From an uncultured Clavibacter sp. (GTDB lineage Bacteria; Actinomycetota; Actinomycetes; Nanopelagicales; Nanopelagicaceae), in assembly GCA_964500885.1 (NCBI GenBank), contig CAZCQR010000001.1, positions 1 through 60,378 on the forward strand: a DNA stretch of 60,378 bases. Direction: 5' to 3'. Positions 10,403 to 18,536 of this stretch are shown here, piece by piece. How positions within the stretch are numbered: the first letter of the stretch is position 1; the number at the start of each line of letters is the position of its first letter. A program made the position numbers and the translations under genes. A model generated the notes under the pieces. It did not search any database. It saw only the letters and a program-made list of their open reading frames with translations, and was not told the origin of the DNA.

Positions 10403-10408
10403 GTCCGA

Positions 10409-11128
10409 ATGAGCGAAGCGCTATCTAAATCAGAACATGAATTGCGCGATGAGAATCATCGAACTCACAGAGCGGGATGGTTACGAGCTGCTGTCTTAGG
10501 AGCGAATGACGGCCTGGTATCAACTGCATCCTTGATGATCGGAGTTGTTACGGCTGGAAGAAATGACTTTGTTTTGACCGCTGGTCTGGCTGCAATAGCA
10601 GCAGGTTCCATGTCGATGGCTGTTGGAGAATTTGTATCAGTTCGTTCACAAAACGATATTGAAGAATCAGATAAAGAATTAGAGATGAAGCAACTTGCAC
10701 TTGATCCAGAAGGTGAACTAGAAGAGTTAACGAGAATTTATGAGTCACGTGGCATCTCGCGTAAATTAGCTGAAGCCGTCGCACAAGAGCTTCATGAAAA
10801 AGATCCACTCGGTGCACATTTGAGAGATGAATTGGGTCAACATGATGCGACTAAAGCACGTCCGCTACAGGCAGCAGTTGCATCTGCTTTGAGCTTCACT
10901 GCGGGAGGATTGATTCCATTTGTTGGCGCTTTTGCGCCGAGTCTTGGAGGAAAGGCGCTCTCTATTGTCTTGATTACCTTTATCGGTTTAGTTTTTGCTG
11001 GAATCATCAGCGCGCGTATTGCTGGCTCAAGCATTCTCAAGACAACTAGACGTATTGTTTTGGGTGGAGCGCTCGGTATGGCAATAACCGCTGGCGTCGG
11101 TCAACTTGCCAATATCTCAGGCATTTAG
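10409..11128 (+). CDS. VIT1/CCC1-family iron/manganese transporter
   Basis: 239 aa with the GANDGLVST motif, an acidic cytoplasmic helix region (EESDKELE..EGELEEL) and C-terminal TM helices. Confidence 0.85.
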   Translation: MSEALSKSEHELRDENHRTHRAGWLRAAVLGANDGLVSTASLMIGVVTAGRNDFVLTAGLAAIAAGSMSMAVGEFVSVRSQNDIEESDKELEMKQLALDPEGELEELTRIYESRGISRKLAEAVAQELHEKDPLGAHLRDELGQHDATKARPLQAAVASALSFTAGGLIPFVGAFAPSLGGKALSIVLITFIGLVFAGIISARIAGSSILKTTRRIVLGGALGMAITAGVGQLANISGI

Positions 11129-11130
11129 AT

Positions 11131-11159
11131 TTAGCTACATCCAAGTAAAGCGGTAGAAT
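11131..11159 (+). promoter_or_regulatory. Candidate pyk promoter TTAGCT-N17-TAGAAT
   Basis: -35-like TTAGCT (11131-11136), a 17-nt spacer and TAGAAT (11154-11159). It would give a leader of roughly 55 nt carrying SD GGAGAGG before GTG 11222. Confidence 0.4.
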
Positions 11160-11221
11160 TCAGGTCGGACAAAGTCGTCCATTAATGCTTTAAATTAGCT
11201 TAATAGAGGAGAGGTCCCCCA

Positions 11222-12661
11222 GTGCGGAGAGCAAAAATTGTTTGCACGTTGGGACCGGCGGTAGAAAATATTGAAAAAGTTGAAGCTCTCATAGATGCTG
11301 GAATGAATGTTGCAAGATTAAATCTTTCCCACGGAACGCACCAAGACCACAAGAGCCGGTTAGATTTAGTCCGAAAAGTAGCAGGGAAGAAGATGGTTCC
11401 AGTTGCTATTTTGATTGATCTCCAAGGGCCAAAAATCAGATTAGGAAAATTTGATGCAGATTTCTATCAATTGGAAATCGGGGATCTTTTCACAATCACA
11501 ACTGAAGATGTGATTGGAACAAAATCAAGAGCCAGCACGACCTATAAAGGACTTCCAGGAGATTGCAAAGCAGGAGATTTAATTCTTATCGATGACGGCA
11601 AAGTTATAGTCGAAGTGCAAAGTGTTAAAGGAACGGAAGTCTTAACAAAATGTATTGAATCTGGCCAGATTTCAAATAGCAAGGGTTTAAACCTACCTGG
11701 AGTAGCCGTTTCTGTTCCGGCGATGTCAGATAAAGATATTGAGGACCTTAAATGGGGATTGAAAGAGGGCGCAGACTTCGTGGCTCTCTCCTTTGTGCGC
11801 ACAGCTCAAGATATTGAGAAAGTTCACCAAATAATGGATGAAGTTGGCATACGACTTCCAGTTATTGCAAAGATTGAGAAGCCACAAGCAGTTGAAAATC
11901 TTGACTCTATTATTGAGGCTTTTGATGGAATCATGGTTGCGCGTGGCGATCTTGGAGTTGAGATGCCAATTGAAGAGATTCCGCTCATACAAAAACGATG
12001 CATTACTGCGGCTCGTGAGAATGCAAAGCCAGTAATTGTGGCAACCCAGATGCTCGATTCAATGATGACTAATTCTCGTCCAACTCGTGCAGAAGCTACA
12101 GATTGCGCCAATGCAATTTTGGATGGCGCCGATGCACTAATGCTTTCTGGCGAAACTAGTACTGGAAGTTTTCCAATCGAATCTGTTAATACCATGGCTC
12201 GAATAATCGAAAAGACAGAGACAGATGCTTTGCATCTAATCCCGGCATTAATGCATAACCCAAAAACGAAAGGCGGAGCAATCACAAAGGCAGCAACCGA
12301 AGTTGGGCAAGTCATCGGTGCGAAAATTCTTGCTACCTTTACCAAATCTGGCGATTCTGCCCGTCGCATGTCTAGATTGCGCTCAAATATTCCAGTGGTT
12401 GCTTTAACTCCAGATGAATCAACTTATCGGCAACTTTCACTTTCTTGGGGAGTTGAGCCATTGATAATGCCCCTGGTTGAAACTACCGATCAAATGGTTA
12501 AACAAGTTGATACGGTTTTGTTGCAAAAGAATCGCGTCAATAAGGGCGAATCAATCATGATTGTTGCTGGCTCACCACCGGGAATTCCCGGATCTACAAA
12601 TGCAATGCGCGTGCACCAGATTGGTGATGCAGTTGGCGGCATAGCTCCGGCATATCGCTAA
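11222..12661 (+). CDS. pyk: Pyruvate kinase
   Basis: 479 aa with KIVCTLGPA, NVARLNLSHG and MVARGDLGVEMP motifs. GTG start with an SD. Confidence 0.96.
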   Translation: MRRAKIVCTLGPAVENIEKVEALIDAGMNVARLNLSHGTHQDHKSRLDLVRKVAGKKMVPVAILIDLQGPKIRLGKFDADFYQLEIGDLFTITTEDVIGTKSRASTTYKGLPGDCKAGDLILIDDGKVIVEVQSVKGTEVLTKCIESGQISNSKGLNLPGVAVSVPAMSDKDIEDLKWGLKEGADFVALSFVRTAQDIEKVHQIMDEVGIRLPVIAKIEKPQAVENLDSIIEAFDGIMVARGDLGVEMPIEEIPLIQKRCITAARENAKPVIVATQMLDSMMTNSRPTRAEATDCANAILDGADALMLSGETSTGSFPIESVNTMARIIEKTETDALHLIPALMHNPKTKGGAITKAATEVGQVIGAKILATFTKSGDSARRMSRLRSNIPVVALTPDESTYRQLSLSWGVEPLIMPLVETTDQMVKQVDTVLLQKNRVNKGESIMIVAGSPPGIPGSTNAMRVHQIGDAVGGIAPAYR

Positions 12662-12675
12662 ACTGAGCGCTCCTC

Positions 12676-12748
12676 GCCTCGGTACTCCAACGGTAGAGAG
12701 GACGGTCTCAAAAACCGTATAGTGTCGGTTCGAATCCGACTCGAGGCA
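12676..12748 (+). tRNA. 73-nt tRNA with anticodon CAA (Leu codon UUG), only a 5-nt variable loop and no encoded CCA
   Basis: The cloverleaf was folded by hand. Acceptor stem is 12676-12682/12741-12747 (7 bp, one G-U). D stem is CTC/GAG with a GG-containing loop. Anticodon stem is ACGGT/ACCGT with loop CTCAAAA (U33, CAA, A37). Variable loop is ATAGT. T arm is GTCGG-TTCGAAT-CCGAC. The discriminator is A. Confidence 0.85.
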
Positions 12749-12749
12749 C

Positions 12750-13349
12750 ATGGTTAAACCAAAACGGATTCTGATTGCTGAAGACGAGACTCTTATTCGT
12801 CTCGATCTTTCAGAAATGCTCCGCGAAGCTGGCTATGAAGTTATTGCCGAAGCTTCCGATGGCGAAGAGGCGATAGAACAAGCAGAAATGACAAAACCTG
12901 ATTTGGCAATTCTTGATGTGAGAATGCCTAAACTGGACGGAATCTCAGCTGCAGAGAAGATTGTAAAGATTTGCCCGACATTAATGCTGACCGCCTTTAG
13001 CCAAAGAGATTTAGTTGAGCGCGCACGTGACGCAGGTGTCATGGGTTACGTGGTTAAGCCATTTACGATTGATGATCTTCTTCCTGCAATCGAAATCGCT
13101 TTTAGTCGTCACCAACAATTCCTTGCATTGCAAGATGAAATTTCAGATCTGACAGAACGACTCGAAACTAGAAAACTCGTTGATCAAGCAAAGGGCATTC
13201 TCATGAAGGCTTTGAATCTCTCTGAGCCTGAAGCTTTCAAATGGATTCAAAAAAGTGCGATGGACCGAAGAATTACTATGAAAGAGATTTCACTTGCAAT
13301 TCTTGATCCAAAACAAGCAACTATCGCTCTGCCAAAATTAGGCAGGTAA
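12750..13349 (+). CDS. pdtaR: ANTAR-domain response regulator (PdtaR-like)
   Basis: 199 aa. The receiver domain has ILIAEDE, ILDVRMPKLDG and VVKPF; the C-terminal ANTAR helices read RKLVDQAKGILM...AFKWIQKSAMDRR. Confidence 0.88.
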   Translation: MVKPKRILIAEDETLIRLDLSEMLREAGYEVIAEASDGEEAIEQAEMTKPDLAILDVRMPKLDGISAAEKIVKICPTLMLTAFSQRDLVERARDAGVMGYVVKPFTIDDLLPAIEIAFSRHQQFLALQDEISDLTERLETRKLVDQAKGILMKALNLSEPEAFKWIQKSAMDRRITMKEISLAILDPKQATIALPKLGR

Positions 13350-13725
13350 TTCGAGCTGAGCAAGTACGTTCACCTTTTTCATTTGTTATCTCAATCTCAT
13401 AACAACAGAGAGTCTTTCCAAGGGAAACAGCGGTAGCAACACCCGTCACGATTCCTGATGTAGCAGATTTGTGGTGCGTAGCGTTTATATCAACGCCAAC
13501 GATTTTTCGAGTTGGTCCAGCATGCAATTGGGTGCCAATTGAACCAAGGCTTTCTGCAAGAACCACATTTGCGCCACCATGCAATAAGCCGAGTGGTTGA
13601 GTGTTCCCGGCAACTGGCATTGTGGCTACAAGTCTCTCTGGAGAGGCTTCAATAATCTCAATACCCATTTTCTTGTCGAGTTCGCCCCGACCTCTTTCCC
13701 GCAAAATCTCCATAAAGTCGCTCAT
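13321..13725 (-). CDS. PaaI/hotdog-fold acyl-CoA thioesterase
   Basis: 134 aa with GLLHGGANVVLAESLGS, the typical PaaI-family motif. Its 3' end overlaps the pdtaR 3' end by 29 nt (convergent). Confidence 0.8.
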   Translation of the reverse strand: MSDFMEILRERGRGELDKKMGIEIIEASPERLVATMPVAGNTQPLGLLHGGANVVLAESLGSIGTQLHAGPTRKIVGVDINATHHKSATSGIVTGVATAVSLGKTLCCYEIEITNEKGERTCSARITCLILAER

Positions 13726-13732
13726 GAACGTA

Positions 13733-13738
13733 ATTGTA
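13733..13738 (-). promoter_or_regulatory. Candidate -10 hexamer TACAAT (minus strand), 7 nt upstream of the thioesterase ATG
   Basis: The reverse complement of 13733-13738 is TACAAT. It is followed by N7 and then the ATG at 13725, with no SD. Confidence 0.4.
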
Positions 13739-13766
13739 TGTCCCTATCTCTAGGATTGAGGTTGTC

Positions 13767-16331
13767 ATGAAGCCGCGCATTCTTTTAATCGATGGCCATT
13801 CTCTTGCCTATCGAGCTTTCTACGCCTTGCCTGCGGAAAACTTTCGTTCGAGTACTGGGCAACATACCAATGCGGTTTACGGATTTGCCTCAATGCTGAT
13901 CAACCTGATTCGAGATGAGAAGCCAACACATATAGCTGCGGCATTTGATGTATCTCGCAAGACATTTCGCACTGAGAAGTTTCCTGAATATAAAGCAAAT
14001 CGCAAGTCCACTCCAGATGAATTTCGATCGCAAATCAGTTACATCTATGAATTACTTAATGCTTTTCAAATTCCTACCTATGAAATAGAGGGTTTTGAGG
14101 CTGATGACTTGATCGCCACAATCGTAGATAAGGTCGGTAAGGAATCTGAGACTTTAATCTGCACCGGCGATAGAGATTCTTTTCAACTAGTCACAGACTC
14201 TGTCACAGTTCTTTACCCCAAGAAAGGTGTTACAGATTTAGCCCGAATGACTCCAAATGCCGTTGTCGAGAAATATGGCTTAACGCCAGAGCAGTATCCG
14301 GATTTTGCAGCACTTCGCGGCGATCCAAGTGACAACCTTCCCTCAATTCCAGGAGTGGGAGAGAAGACTGCAGCTAAGTGGATAATCGAGTACAAATCAT
14401 TGGAAAATCTCTTATCTCGTTCAGAAGAGATTACCGGAAAAGCCGGAGAGTCGCTTCGTGCATTTATCTCAAATGTGAAACTCAATCGAGAATTAACTCA
14501 ACTTAGGCACGACGCTCCACTTCAAGTAGAACTCTCGGCGATGAAGTGGAATGGCATCAATCAATCAAGTTCCTTAAAGCTTTTTGAAAAGCTTGAAATA
14601 AAAGCGCTTAGAGAGCGAATAAAGCAGCTCGATACCAATCAAATAGGTGACGTTCTGCCCTTTCAGGATAATTCACCAAGTTTGAAATCCGCAATTAAAG
14701 TTTCTGGGAAGATGTTTGGTAAAGCTGAATTTACAAAAACTTTAGCTAACGGAAAGAGCCAGGTTTTTGCACTCCTAGATGATTCTGTAGCGTTTGTAAC
14801 TATTGATGGGAAAGACGTTTACGAACTGAAGCTTGAAGCTAACATTTTTCAAAATTTAGTTATTACCACTCATCGCGGAAAAGAACTTGCAAAGAGCGAA
14901 GCTGGTGGAACTATTAATTTTGATACCGAAATTGCGGCCTACTTGATTAATCCAGGAACGAGAGATCTCGAAATCGTTGATGTTGTGCGAAAATATCTTG
15001 AATTAGATTTAGAGGAGAGTGAATCAAAACCGGAGACTCGAGAACTGGTGAGATATTTACCCCTCTTGGAAAAAAAGTTAAGAGAAGAGCTATCAAATCG
15101 AGAGTTATTGAAACTCTATCTGGATTTAGAAATGCCGACTATGCATCTTTTGGCGCAAATGGAGGCAGTTGGAATTGCAGTTGATGGTGAGGAGCTTGCA
15201 AAACTTCATGAAGAATTCTCCGCTTCTGAGGCTTCCGCGACAAAGGCGGTCTTTGCTGCTGCAGGACGCGAATTCAATGTTTCATCACCAAAGCAACTGC
15301 AAACCGTTCTCTTCGAAGATTTGAAGCTACCTAAAACTAAACGGATAAAAACGGGATTTAGTACCGATGCCGAATCTCTCGAGTGGCTCTACGCAACAAC
15401 TAAGCATCCGGCTTTAATGAATCTACTCCGAATCAGAGAAGTATCTAAACTCCGCACGACTGTAGAGGGCTTACAAGCAGCGATTGCAAGAGATGGACGG
15501 ATACATACAAGTTTCCAACAGACGGTGGCGGCAACAGGCAGACTTTCGTCGACGGATCCGAATTTGCAGAATATTCCAATTAGAACTGAAGAGGGTAGGA
15601 AAATTCGGCACGCCTTTGTGGCTCAGTCACCCTTCGTTAACTTGATGACCGCCGATTACAGTCAGATTGAAATGCGAATAATGGCGCATTTATCAAATGA
15701 CGCGGGGCTATTGAAAGCGTTCGCTGCTGGCGAAGATTTACATTCAACTGTGGCATCACAAGTATTCGGAGTTTCAGTATCAGATGTGGATAGCGAAATG
15801 CGACGTCAGATAAAAGCCATGTCTTATGGATTGGCATATGGACTCTCTTCTTTCGGATTGGCGCAGCAATTAGATATAACGCCGGCCGACGCAAGTGCAC
15901 TAATGGCGAAGTATTTTGAACGCTTCGGAGGAATTCAAGATTATTTGAAAGAAGTTGTGCGAGTTGCACGAGATAAGGGTTATACCGAAACTATCATGGG
16001 AAGACGTCGTTATCTTCCAGATTTAACACATGAAAATCGGCAACGTCGAGAAGTTGCAGAACGCATGGCACTTAACGCTCCAATTCAAGGTTCGGCTGCG
16101 GATATCATAAAAGTTGCCATGCTCAACGTTTCTAAAGTGATTAAAGCTAGAAATCTCTCCTCAAGAATTCTTCTACAAGTTCATGATGAATTGATATTTG
16201 AAGTTGTTGAAGGTGAAGAGAAGATTCTGGAAGATTTAGTCCGACAGGAGATGGGATCTGCGTATCCCTTGCGAGCTCCATTGGATGTGAATATTGGTTT
16301 CGGAAAGAGTTGGGATTTAGCCGCCCATTGA
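13767..16331 (+). CDS. polA: DNA polymerase I
   Basis: The 5'-nuclease domain begins LLIDGHSLAYRAFYA. Polymerase motif A is DYSQIEMRIMAHLS, motif B is RRQIKAMSYGLAYG and motif C is LLQVHDELIFE. ATG 13767 has TGAGG 5 nt upstream. The track start, TTG 13734, would add 11 residues with no SD. Confidence 0.95.
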   Translation: MKPRILLIDGHSLAYRAFYALPAENFRSSTGQHTNAVYGFASMLINLIRDEKPTHIAAAFDVSRKTFRTEKFPEYKANRKSTPDEFRSQISYIYELLNAFQIPTYEIEGFEADDLIATIVDKVGKESETLICTGDRDSFQLVTDSVTVLYPKKGVTDLARMTPNAVVEKYGLTPEQYPDFAALRGDPSDNLPSIPGVGEKTAAKWIIEYKSLENLLSRSEEITGKAGESLRAFISNVKLNRELTQLRHDAPLQVELSAMKWNGINQSSSLKLFEKLEIKALRERIKQLDTNQIGDVLPFQDNSPSLKSAIKVSGKMFGKAEFTKTLANGKSQVFALLDDSVAFVTIDGKDVYELKLEANIFQNLVITTHRGKELAKSEAGGTINFDTEIAAYLINPGTRDLEIVDVVRKYLELDLEESESKPETRELVRYLPLLEKKLREELSNRELLKLYLDLEMPTMHLLAQMEAVGIAVDGEELAKLHEEFSASEASATKAVFAAAGREFNVSSPKQLQTVLFEDLKLPKTKRIKTGFSTDAESLEWLYATTKHPALMNLLRIREVSKLRTTVEGLQAAIARDGRIHTSFQQTVAATGRLSSTDPNLQNIPIRTEEGRKIRHAFVAQSPFVNLMTADYSQIEMRIMAHLSNDAGLLKAFAAGEDLHSTVASQVFGVSVSDVDSEMRRQIKAMSYGLAYGLSSFGLAQQLDITPADASALMAKYFERFGGIQDYLKEVVRVARDKGYTETIMGRRRYLPDLTHENRQRREVAERMALNAPIQGSAADIIKVAMLNVSKVIKARNLSSRILLQVHDELIFEVVEGEEKILEDLVRQEMGSAYPLRAPLDVNIGFGKSWDLAAH

Positions 16332-16350
16332 GGCGATTCTCGGCGCTAAA

Positions 16351-16379
16351 TTGCCTTGCTTCATCTCTCTAAGTACTCT
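16351..16379 (+). promoter_or_regulatory. Candidate rpsA promoter TTGCCT-N17-TACTCT
   Basis: -35 and -10-like hexamers with a 17-nt spacer. It would give a leader of roughly 100 nt. Confidence 0.35.
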
Positions 16380-16488
16380 ACGAGCCTCGCGTTGGAATCT
16401 TGCATCGCCTAAGACATAGTAGGAAATGCCCAGCTTCTGGAGTCGGATCTAAGGCGTGCCCTACTAGAAGCAGTACCCCCGGAGAAAA

Positions 16489-17838
16489 TTGTCTACTCAA
16501 ATTTCAATTAATGATGTTGGTTCAGCCGCAGAATTTCTCGCAGCAATAGAAGGAACAATAAAGAATTTTAACGATGGTGATTTAGTCACTGGCGTAGTAG
16601 TCCAAGTAGATCGTGATGAAGTTCTGCTTGATATTGGTTATAAGACCGAAGGTGTAATTCCTTCCAGAGAACTCTCGATTAGAAATGATTTGGATCCAAG
16701 CGAGCTCGTAAAAATTGGCGAGCAAATTGAAGCTCTAGTTCTACAGAAAGAAGATAAAGAAGGACGTCTAATTCTTTCTAAGAAGCGCGCTCAATATGAA
16801 AAGGCTTGGGGCGAGATTGAAGGTAAGAAAGAACGCGATGAAGTTGTCGTTGGAACCGTCATCGAAGTTGTTAAAGGCGGCCTAATTGTCGATATCGGGC
16901 TCCGAGGATTCTTGCCTGCTTCACTTGTTGAAATGAGACGAGTTCGCGATCTTTCTCCATATATTGGAAAGCAAGTTGAAGCTCGAATCATCGAACTCGA
17001 TAAGAACCGAAACAATGTAGTTCTATCACGTCGCGCTTATTTAGAGCAGACACAATCTGAGTCACGAACTACGTTCTTGAATCAACTTCAGAAAGGTCAA
17101 GTTCGAACTGGAGTTGTATCTTCGATCGTTAACTTTGGCGCATTCGTTGATCTCGGTGGTGTAGATGGTCTTGTTCACGTCTCCGAACTCTCCTGGAAAC
17201 ATATCGATCACCCTGGCGAAGTTGTAGAAGTTGGCGATGAAGTTACTGTTGAAGTTCTAGAAGTTGACTTCGAAAGAGAGCGCGTCTCACTCTCGCTAAA
17301 GGCGACCCAAGAAGATCCTTGGCAGGCATTTGCTCGAACCCACACCATTAATCAAGTTGTGCCGGGCGAAGTGACAAAGCTTGTTCCATTCGGAGCATTT
17401 ATCAAGGTATTTGATGGAATCGAAGGCTTAGTTCACATTTCTGAACTTGCAGAGCGACATGTAGAAATTCCAGAGCAAGTTGTACAAGTAGGCGATCAAC
17501 TATTCGTAAAAATTATTGATATTGACCTAGAACGTCGCCGAATCTCGCTCTCCTTAAAGCAAGCTAATGAGGGACAAGATGTTCCAGTTGAGGCGTTTGA
17601 TCCGACTCAGTATGGAATGCCTGCTCGATATGATGAAAATGGAAACTTCATCTATCCAGAAGGTTTCGATCCTCAAACACAAGAATGGCAACCTGGATTT
17701 GAAGCGCAACGTGAAGAGTGGGAGCGTCAATACGCAGAAGCTCAAGCTCGTTTCATGGCGCATAAGAAACAGAAAGCTGAAGCACAGGCAGCAGATGCAG
17801 CTGCAGGAACTTCTGCACCTGAGCAAACCGCAGAGTAA
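16489..17838 (+). CDS. rpsA: 30S ribosomal protein S1
   Basis: 449 aa with four S1/OB repeats (GxV..V..FGAFVDLGGVDGLVHVSELS type). TTG start with GGAG 4 nt upstream. Confidence 0.95.
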   Translation: MSTQISINDVGSAAEFLAAIEGTIKNFNDGDLVTGVVVQVDRDEVLLDIGYKTEGVIPSRELSIRNDLDPSELVKIGEQIEALVLQKEDKEGRLILSKKRAQYEKAWGEIEGKKERDEVVVGTVIEVVKGGLIVDIGLRGFLPASLVEMRRVRDLSPYIGKQVEARIIELDKNRNNVVLSRRAYLEQTQSESRTTFLNQLQKGQVRTGVVSSIVNFGAFVDLGGVDGLVHVSELSWKHIDHPGEVVEVGDEVTVEVLEVDFERERVSLSLKATQEDPWQAFARTHTINQVVPGEVTKLVPFGAFIKVFDGIEGLVHISELAERHVEIPEQVVQVGDQLFVKIIDIDLERRRISLSLKQANEGQDVPVEAFDPTQYGMPARYDENGNFIYPEGFDPQTQEWQPGFEAQREEWERQYAEAQARFMAHKKQKAEAQAADAAAGTSAPEQTAE

Positions 17839-17850
17839 TTGAAATGAAAA

Positions 17851-17879
17851 CTGGACCAGTGACTGCTGGTCCAGTTTTT
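17851..17879 (+). terminator. Rho-independent terminator after rpsA
   Basis: Perfect 9-bp stem CTGGACCAG/CTGGTCCAG with a 6-nt loop, followed by TTTTT. Confidence 0.8.
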
Positions 17880-17933
17880 GCTTTCTCTAGGATGAAAATG
17901 CAAGTTTCGGTGGAATACTCAAGGATTAAATAG

Positions 17934-18536
17934 ATGCTTTCGATTGCACTTACAGGTGGTATCGGTTCGGGCAAATCATCCGTCGGAGAAATTTTCGATG
18001 AACTGGGCGCAATTGTTATCGACTCAGATCAATTATCTAGAGATGTAATTGAGAGAGGCACACCGGGTTTTGATGAAGTTGTTGCCAGATTTGGCGATGT
18101 GATTCTTGTTGATGGAGAAATAAGTCGCTCCAAGCTCGCAGAAATTGTCTTTGTTGATGAGAAAGCGCGCAAAGATCTGGAGTCGATTATTCATCCCAGG
18201 GTTCGTGAAATTGCAGAGAGGGTCGTCGCTCGGGCGCCCGAAGATGCCATCGTCATAAACGAGATTCCCCTCCTATTTGAAACCCAGGGGCAGGGGCGAT
18301 TCGACCTTGTTATAACCGTTGAAGCCAGCGATGAAAGTCGAACCAAAAGGTTAATTGATAGAGGTCTCAAGTCTTATCAAATTGAAAAACGGATCTCTGC
18401 TCAAGCATCGAGAGCAGAGCGAGAGTCGATATCAGATTATGTAATTGAAAATGATGAAGGCCTTGAAGAGCTTGAGCGCAAAGTACGAATGCTTTGGGAA
18501 GATGAAATCTTGCCTCGCAGCGGAAAAGCAAAATGA
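17934..18536 (+). CDS. coaE: Dephospho-CoA kinase
   Basis: 200 aa with the P-loop [10 protein letters not shown]. Confidence 0.92.
   Translation: MLSIALTGGIGSGKSSVGEIFDELGAIVIDSDQLSRDVIERGTPGFDEVVARFGDVILVDGEISRSKLAEIVFVDEKARKDLESIIHPRVREIAERVVARAPEDAIVINEIPLLFETQGQGRFDLVITVEASDESRTKRLIDRGLKSYQIEKRISAQASRAERESISDYVIENDEGLEELERKVRMLWEDEILPRSGKAK

Noticed and set aside
13734-13766. Longest-ORF start codons that extend polA (TTG 13734), tyrS (58562), argD (TTG 55485) and the priA-like gene (GTG 3775).
   Set aside because: The extensions add non-conserved residues, lack an SD and in two cases run into the upstream gene. Downstream starts (13767, 58607, 55497, 3781) give canonical N-termini with an SD, an ATGA coupling overlap or the -10 geometry.
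17934-18536. CoaE is short (200 aa) compared with the two-domain mycobacterial CoaE.
   Set aside because: A single-domain dephospho-CoA kinase is the norm in most bacteria. The extra C-terminal domain is a mycobacterial peculiarity, so its absence here is not remarkable.
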